From the NCBI GenBank assembly GCA_051294375.1, contig CM119265.1, forward strand, positions 23,242,776-23,306,775: 64,000 nt of DNA. The letters run 5' to 3'. Origin of the DNA: Paraspadella gotoi (taxonomy: Eukaryota; Animalia; Chaetognatha). Below are positions 54,434 to 64,000 of this stretch, one piece after another (positions within the stretch are counted from its first letter, which is position 1; the number at the start of each line of letters is the position of its first letter). A program made the translations under genes and the position numbers. The notes beneath the pieces are model-generated. The model did no database searches and had not been told where the DNA came from. It saw only the letters and a list, made by a program, of their open reading frames with translations.

Positions 54434-55386
54434 GACGAAAATGTTGATCGAAGAAGTCGAATCCTCAAGATAAAAAGAATTATGTTAATAAGCAAAAAAT
54501 TTTTTTTCACGAATTTTTGAAACGAAATTAAAAAAATAACAAATAAAATTACGAATGAAAAAATGTGATGCCCCACAAAAAGAAAGTGCAGTGAGGACGT
54601 CTTTGCGAACGGCGAGGAGACATTTTTTTAATCTGGCGACAAATTCGACGGCGACGCGTCATTTATGGCGCGAATTTTGGGGGGAGTAGGGGGGGGGAAA
54701 GACCTCGACGGGGTGACGTGGGGGTTAAGGGGGGGAGCGCGAATCAGGGTTGAGAGTCGAGTGTTTACGGGGTGCGATTCGGCCGTTGTTGTTCTCCTCG
54801 GGGGTTCTCTCTTCTCAGTCTTGTTGATCGGAAGTTTAAAAGGGGAGACGAATCTGTGTTTGGATGGCGGGGGAGAGGGGCGGGTGGGGGACGTGGAATG
54901 CAGAAGGGGGAAGAAGATTGAAGTAATGGAATTGGGAAGTGGAAAGCGCAAAGGGGAGAAAGGGAGAAGAGGAATGGAAAATTGGGTAAAGATTTCGGGT
55001 TAATCGTTACCATCTGAATGCAAATAACGAATTTTTTTATCTCATTGTTACTGTTCTTGATTGGCTCGGCACCCTAAACTGCGTCGAAGCGCTGTGTTTG
55101 TCGTCGTCATCGTCGTCGTCGTCGTCGTCGTCCTCGTCGTTTTTCTTATTTTGAGTCTTTTTTCTAAATTGACGTCCCTTGGTTCAAGTTTAAATAGAGA
55201 TTATTGATTTTTCTCACTCTTTGCTCTTCTCACGATGGCGCTCTCACTATCTTTCACGTCACACACTCATTTGATCTCTCTCTCTTTCTCTCTCTCTCTC
55301 CCTCTCTCTCTTTCTTTTAAATTTTTCACAACTTTAACATTTTTGACGCTCAAACGGTGAAATTTCGCTTCAAGAATCATTGGGGG

Positions 55387-55536
<150 letters not shown>

Positions 55537-55933
55537 AAACAAATTATTTGTTCTTCAAGTGAATTTCTTTGTTATTCGTTTATTTCGAAAACAAACCCGT
55601 CGCGAATTAACTGCGGAGTTTTAAAAAAACAAATGTTAGCGACTGCTAGCGTCGCCTTTTGTTTTTTAAAGAAATATTATATACTCTTTAAAAAATATAA
55701 AACAAATTTCAATGCAGTACAAGTCGAAAATTTATGGAATATTCGGTAATATCGAAATTAGAAAAGAACATGAAAATTCTGTGGAAAGCAATATGAAAAA
55801 TGTAATGAATAATGTAGAAGGAAAACAGAAAATTATATTTTTAGATTGACTAATTGATTTTTTTGTCAAAACACCTGTTCCCGAAATTTAAAGCGAATGT
55901 AATAAATGTAATTAGAGCGAATTCATAAATTCA

Positions 55934-55972
<39 letters not shown>

Positions 55973-56000
55973 GTCTTTCTGTATTATCGTCACTGGCGCC

Positions 56001-58307
56001 ATGGATCTCAACACAATTGTCTCAATGGTCATCATTTCTTTAAATGTCGTTGATGTTTTTACCGATTTGAGAACGACATACATTTATTGTAAAAAAAAAT
56101 TTTACGTGGAACATTGGATTGGTTTTGCCATGGCTATCGTTTTGTCGACGCACGGCCTCGCGTCTATTGCAATGTTGCGGCATCATTGTAAAAAAGATGC
56201 CAGCAAATTTTTGCGTCTCTGGAACGGTCCGGCACGAAAAACAGTCACGACAATTCTGTGTATAGCGGGTCTGGCCAACAGCCTGATTGCGATCGACGAC
56301 CATCTGGACAGATTCTACGGATCGGTGAAGTTTTCGACCAAGAAAGAGTTGGAAGCGGCTCTTGATTTTTTGCATCTTCTTTTGGAGACTTTTCCTCAGA
56401 TTCTTCTTCAAGCCGCAGCAATTGTTGTCTCTTTTACGAGCGGGGCTGACAAGTTCTGTTTACGATCTAAAGGAAATTACTTTGATTTTCGGAATTATTC
56501 ACTTATCCAACTGAACAGTAATAAGACAATGCCAAACCAATGCACTTGCATCAAATCAATCAGGAGCTATAGTATTGAGAGGTTTACCTGTAGCTGGGAG
56601 GTTGATCACTATGATATCATAGCTTCTTTTACACTTTCAACCATAGGTATTGCAACTGCAGCCTCGACATATCGTGGATTCACTGTGGCATCTTTACAGG
56701 GAATGCTCGGAATCCTTCAAGGAGTCATTGGCGTTGTTGTCTTCATTCTTTTTATTTATGTTTGGGCAATAAAATTTTATCTGTGGTTGGTCCTTCTCAC
56801 GCCGCTGGCCATCTTAAGAATCTTTACAATTCCTGAATTACTTGATATCTTTCATCTCCGGTTCGCGTCTTCTCATAAGGGGACAAAGACTTTTTATTTT
56901 ACTCCATTTCTCATCATGATTTCTTGTTCCGCTCAAATGGTCTCAATCTTCTTTAACCTGGACAGGAAGTTAAGAATAGAATCAGCGCTCACAAATATTT
57001 ATGATGTAGAAAGTGGAGGAACAAAAATGGGCATCCAGACGGATACAGAAATAGGAAAAAACAGTCCACGTTTTAAAATCGCACAGGATACTAGCGACAG
57101 ATATGATTGCTTTGAAATGGATGGCGTTGTAGATTATTCAAGATGGGAAGAACATTTTCCAGCCACATTCATGATGTCATGCAAAGAATTAAAACGAATG
57201 ATCCCGGAAATAGAATTTTATTCATCTCTCGAGCAATACAAAGTAGGAAATTACAAGCTTCTGAAACCATCCCATGAGACGATTCTTATCCTACTATTAA
57301 TCGATGTCTTTTTGGGTACGCTCTATGTCGCAACGATTTCCACTTTTGGTGATAAAGTAGCAAAGCTCATCAATTTTTTAAGCGCATCGCTGCCGCTGGT
57401 CGCCATCACGGTTGTTAATTTGGCCCAAACTGTGAACCACTTGATCAAAAGCAAAGAATCCGGTTTATTTCAGTGTTCAATTTATTGTTCCCATAAACCT
57501 GATTATGAAAAACTTTTTATAACTAAATGGAAACTATACAGAAGCTTTACACTCTACTCTAATTTTGCGTACACATCTCCTGTATTATATATGAGCCTAT
57601 TGATGTTGGAAGCATTTAATGGAAAACAATTCGTTTCCAGCTCTGAGATAAAAATCTTTCGATTTATTGGAGTAATTGCTTTCTCCCTGCCTTTTTGTGG
57701 ATGCTTTATAAAAGGAGCAATGAATACCCGTCAAAAAATTGGTTCTGATCTTATTAATTACCGTTGGTCAAGTCCTTGGTATCTTCAGCCACAAAAATAT
57801 TATGCACATCATATTACCTCGCTCATCAAGATAAATGATTTTTTTTTCTTAATACTTAATATTTCTTTTTGCCCTTTTTTTACCTTTTCATATTTAATTC
57901 TTTCAAAGGTTATCAAAAATAAAAAAGTTTTCATTAAAGCTCTTTTTTTTGTAGTTGTAACTGCTTTTCATTGTTGTCTTTATGAGATTTTAATTTTTTC
58001 TAAGAAACCTAAAGTGACCCGGTGTGAAGACTATTACTACTCATATTATGATTGGTTCTATCCAAATATTAATAGGCATGCAATTCTTTCAACACAATTA
58101 CCAGCAGAGTCACCTAATTTTATTTTAATGCTTTTAGTTTCAAAAGAATTCCGTTATAAAGCTGATCGTAAAAATAGTAGAGAAACAATTCTTCGCATTT
58201 ATAATGATTTTTTAGAATGCATTGACAGGGAACAATACAACAGTTATGAAATTTTTAATATATTATCTTTGGTCTTACCAGTTATGTGTGCTGTAATAAT
58301 CCATTAA
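56001..58307 (+). CDS. Intronless XK-related (Xkr/CED-8-like) multipass membrane protein, 768 aa
   Basis: gccATGg start; N-terminal TM with DVFTD; ETFPQILLQ matches the XK E-x-x-P-Q-x-x-L-Q signature; many hydrophobic segments. Confidence 0.75.
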   Translation: MDLNTIVSMVIISLNVVDVFTDLRTTYIYCKKKFYVEHWIGFAMAIVLSTHGLASIAMLRHHCKKDASKFLRLWNGPARKTVTTILCIAGLANSLIAIDDHLDRFYGSVKFSTKKELEAALDFLHLLLETFPQILLQAAAIVVSFTSGADKFCLRSKGNYFDFRNYSLIQLNSNKTMPNQCTCIKSIRSYSIERFTCSWEVDHYDIIASFTLSTIGIATAASTYRGFTVASLQGMLGILQGVIGVVVFILFIYVWAIKFYLWLVLLTPLAILRIFTIPELLDIFHLRFASSHKGTKTFYFTPFLIMISCSAQMVSIFFNLDRKLRIESALTNIYDVESGGTKMGIQTDTEIGKNSPRFKIAQDTSDRYDCFEMDGVVDYSRWEEHFPATFMMSCKELKRMIPEIEFYSSLEQYKVGNYKLLKPSHETILILLLIDVFLGTLYVATISTFGDKVAKLINFLSASLPLVAITVVNLAQTVNHLIKSKESGLFQCSIYCSHKPDYEKLFITKWKLYRSFTLYSNFAYTSPVLYMSLLMLEAFNGKQFVSSSEIKIFRFIGVIAFSLPFCGCFIKGAMNTRQKIGSDLINYRWSSPWYLQPQKYYAHHITSLIKINDFFFLILNISFCPFFTFSYLILSKVIKNKKVFIKALFFVVVTAFHCCLYEILIFSKKPKVTRCEDYYYSYYDWFYPNINRHAILSTQLPAESPNFILMLLVSKEFRYKADRKNSRETILRIYNDFLECIDREQYNSYEIFNILSLVLPVMCAVIIH

Positions 58308-58504
58308 ATGACAAGATATTTTTAAAATAAATTATAAACAACTAAAAAAAGTTATTTCCTCGATTTTTTTTCACATTAAAAATCAGCTGAAGAAATATTT
58401 CCAAATTGGTAAAGAATAATTACAGGTATCTCATCTTTGAAATATTTATCAATCCATTTTTTCAGGTTTTTATTCAGCAGATTTTGACTCTATAATTAAA
58501 AAAA

Positions 58505-58860
58505 AATTATGTCCGTTCGTCCGTCCGTCCGTCCGTCCGTCCCCCTTTAGCATTAAACTCCAATTACTCGTGATTGGATGGATGGGTTGGAATGAAATTT
58601 TGTGTGAGGGTAGCAAAGTGTGTGATTGAGTTGGATATAAAGTTTCGATGGAATCGTGCAAGTGAAAATGAGTCTAAGACTTTTACTTAGACTCTAAGTG
58701 GAAAAAAGGGATTTTTACTTATATTTACTCATAATTATTATATTTATTAAAAATTTAATAGATAAATTGAAATAATTTTTTCTGTGTGTGTAGGAAAATA
58801 TGTGATTAAGTTGGATATAATTTTTTGATGGAATCGTAGGGGTGGAAAACAGTTTAAATT
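58505..58860 (+). mobile_element. DINE-1/Helentron-like non-autonomous repeat, copy 1
   Basis: (GTCC)n followed by ..ccaattactc..tgaaattttg..tttcgatggaatcgt; homologous to the inverted copy at 60255-60440. Confidence 0.55.
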
Positions 58861-58934
58861 AGAAAACCAAAAGACACATTTATTTGAATTTATAAAAATT
58901 TCTCTCTCTTTATATCTCTCTGATTGATTGATTG

Positions 58935-59015
58935 ATTGAGTGAGTGAGTGAGTGAGTGAGTGAGTGAGTGAGTGAGTGAGTGAGTGAGTGAGTGAGTGAG
59001 TGAGTGAGTGAGTGA
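58935..59015. repeat. (TGAG)n microsatellite
   Basis: Direct reading. Confidence 0.9.
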
Positions 59016-59019
59016 GTTA

Positions 59020-59155
59020 TTGATCAAATTATGCCAGTTGATCAAATTAGGTCAGTTAACCAAATTAAACAAGTTGACCAAATTATGCCAGTTGGCCAAA
59101 TTAAGCCAGTTGACCAAATTATGCCAGTTTACCAAATTATACTAGTTGACCCAAT
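59020..59155. repeat. ~18-bp tandem repeat (ttgaccaaattatgccag)
   Basis: About 7 degenerate copies. Confidence 0.8.
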
Positions 59156-59654
59156 TTTTCTGTAAAATCAAAAACAGTAACAGTGTAAAAGACTAGAAAA
59201 CGGTAAAAAATATTATATAAAATAAATAATATTTATAAAATATCATTTTAAAATACCTTTTCAATACATTTTCAATTAATTTTTCTCGTTTACTTTTCTC
59301 GTAATTATTCATGGAGTGGCTATTAAGGTGAATGGCTAATAAGCGTTCAAGCTATCACATTTCCTATTCGATATTAATAAAATTTCAAAATATATTACCT
59401 TTTCAATACAATTTCAATTAATTTTTTTTCTTTTACTTTTCTCGTACTAATATGGCTAATAAGGCTAATAATCAAGCTATCATGCAATCGTCCGTTCCTT
59501 GTAAGTCTAACGTCGGCTCCATATTGTAAATTGGGAAAAAAGTGGAGATGAATGTTTAGAAACTTTTATTATCATACGTCAATAAAAATCTCGTAATACT
59601 CAAGTTGACTGTTGAGAACCGACGATTCTACGTGGGGATCGCAAATTACGACTC

Positions 59655-59790
59655 AGAGACCGACAAAGACCGACAAGACTGACAAGACCGACAAGACTGA
59701 CAAGACCGACAAGACCGACAAGACCGACAAGACTGACAAGACCGACAAGACCGACAAGACCGACAAGACTGACAAGACTGACTAGACCGA
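59655..59790. repeat. 9-bp tandem repeat (gacaagacy)
   Basis: Direct reading. Confidence 0.9.
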
Positions 59791-60254
59791 CGAAATAACC
59801 ACGAAACGCTATTGCAATAGGCCAAACGAGAGAGGACGAGTAAAGTATTGTCAACAATGAGAATTTGACTGAGAGAGAGTGAAAGACAGAACGAAACTGA
59901 GACGAGGCTTAATATTTGACAAAAAAAAAGTAACTATGGTTTAGAATAAAAGTGAAATTAAACAATTTAAGCAACGGTATATATCTCGTTTGTTTGTTTA
60001 GAAGCTACAGTGAACAAGCGCTAGTCAAGCCAGTATGTTTTTTTGAGATTTTCTAATGTATTTTCCTTTATTTTCGTTGCGTTATGAGATTTAATCGAAA
60101 GTTTAAAATTAGATTTCGACAACGAATTTTATTTTCATCTAGAAACGGACATGATGAAGGCTTGTAAAGTGAAAGCTGAAACATGTCCATTTCTTTATGA
60201 AAATAAAATTCGTTGTCTAAATCTAATTTCAAATTTTTGACTGGAGATTTTCTA

Positions 60255-60440
60255 TGTTTAAATCCATTTCCGCACGGACGATTCCATCGAAATTTGATTT
60301 CCGGCTCGATCACACGCTTTTCTACCCACATACAAAATTTCAAGTCAAGCGCCCCATCCACTCATGAGTAATTGGCGTTCAAAGCTAAGGGGGGACGGAC
60401 AGACGAACGGATTGACAGACAGACAGATAGACGGACATCG
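60255..60440 (-). mobile_element. DINE-1/Helentron-like non-autonomous repeat, copy 2 (inverted)
   Basis: Reverse complement reads (GTCY)n..ccccttagc..ccaattactca..tgaaattttg..tttcgatggaatcgt. Confidence 0.55.
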
Positions 60441-60778
60441 TTTTTATGCATAATTTATCATAATTCGATGTTCTGACATCATATAAGTGTCTTACCGAGG
60501 GAGGGAGGGAGCGACGGACCGACAAAGTGGATTTTAGAGCAGAGATCTGCTATAAGTATATAAGTATATATATAAGTATATATATAAGTAGATCCGACTA
60601 AATAAAAATGGATTAAAAAAAAAATCTCCAAAATTTGAAATAATTCTATCGTCGAGTAGAAATCTGAAAGTCTTGTAGAGATTAAAGGAATTAAGAATCT
60701 AAAATGTCGACGTCTAACGTCGATTCTTTTTTTTATTTATTTATATTCGTACGTTTTTCGTGATATCGACCGGCGACG

Positions 60779-63224
<2,446 letters not shown>

Positions 63225-64000
63225 AGGAAGAGTTAGCGGTTGACCTTTTGTCACTTTTGTCTAGTTCCAAAGTTCAACGTCAGAGGTAGGAAGGTTCGAC
63301 TCGAGGCAGTGAAGAAAAATAACAAAAAAGAACAGTCTTGAATTAAACTTTGTATGGATTCTTTCAGAAATGTTGTGTCACAAAGAAAAGTCTATGGTTT
63401 AATTGATTTTATATTAACTACTTATAGTTAAAGGGGAGCAACAAAAGCTAACAGCTTTGATTTCAAATAAAACGTTAGTCTACGTAATAACGACGTATTT
63501 GCATTAATTCAAAACAATTATATAACGAGTTAATAAAAGAAGAGACAAATTATATAACGAGTTAATAAAAGAAAAGACAAATCGATGTTATAATGTGTAC
63601 GTATAATAACTGGAGTTACTTCTTTGCTTATTTTTTTTTAATTATAGTTTTTCTGAGAATATGAAAAGAGAGAGGGGGGGGGGACAGTTGACGACTGAGG
63701 CTTCACAGCTTTCCGTGAAAATGATCTTTATGACTTAGGTCATATTTATGACTAAGGTCTATTCGAGTCGCCAGAAAACAATATCCATTACCCTAAAGCT
63801 ACATTTTCGCGCTTCTCTTCCATTTTTGGTAAAGGATAAAATAGGAAAAAGGATTGAAAAAAATGTGATCCTCTGTGAACGGTTTGGAGGCTTCAATACG
63901 ATTTGTCTCACGTGACTTAGGAAAAGAAGGAAGGAAATCGTTGATCAGTGAGGACCGAGGTTCTCAGCTCCTGGCTTATCTTTTGTTTCATGGGTCAGTT

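Overview
Intron-rich, microsatellite-rich (AG, GAC, AAAT) animal genomic DNA. An ionotropic-receptor-like gene suggests a protostome invertebrate (inference). All gene models were hand-spliced with splice-site and phase checks; no database searches were run. (1) About 1-40.2 kb, minus strand: a giant myosin-light-chain-kinase (MLCK/stretchin-like) gene with about 3000 codons in the window, running off the left edge inside the kinase domain. It has long disordered exons, Ig, Ig-Ig-FN3 and kinase domains, at least two internal alternative starts, a GC-AG intron and an 18-nt microexon. Its introns carry a degenerate ~4 kb LTR element and a same-strand nested divergent ionotropic receptor gene. 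(2) About 41-63 kb: a block of secreted or membrane genes. It includes two paralogous 4-exon genes, absent from the ORF track, encoding signal peptide + shared acidic propiece + C-terminal Gly/Trp-rich amidated peptide (GYWGGWGGWGWGMPWMGGWGGWGW-GR and EFFWGGWPGFGWGMGYPFIW-GKK). It also includes an antistasin-like Cys-repeat + C-type lectin gene, Ala/Pro-rich exons, an intronless XK-related gene and a CD225/dispanin gene. The Gly/Trp amidated-peptide pair is the most novel-looking signal.
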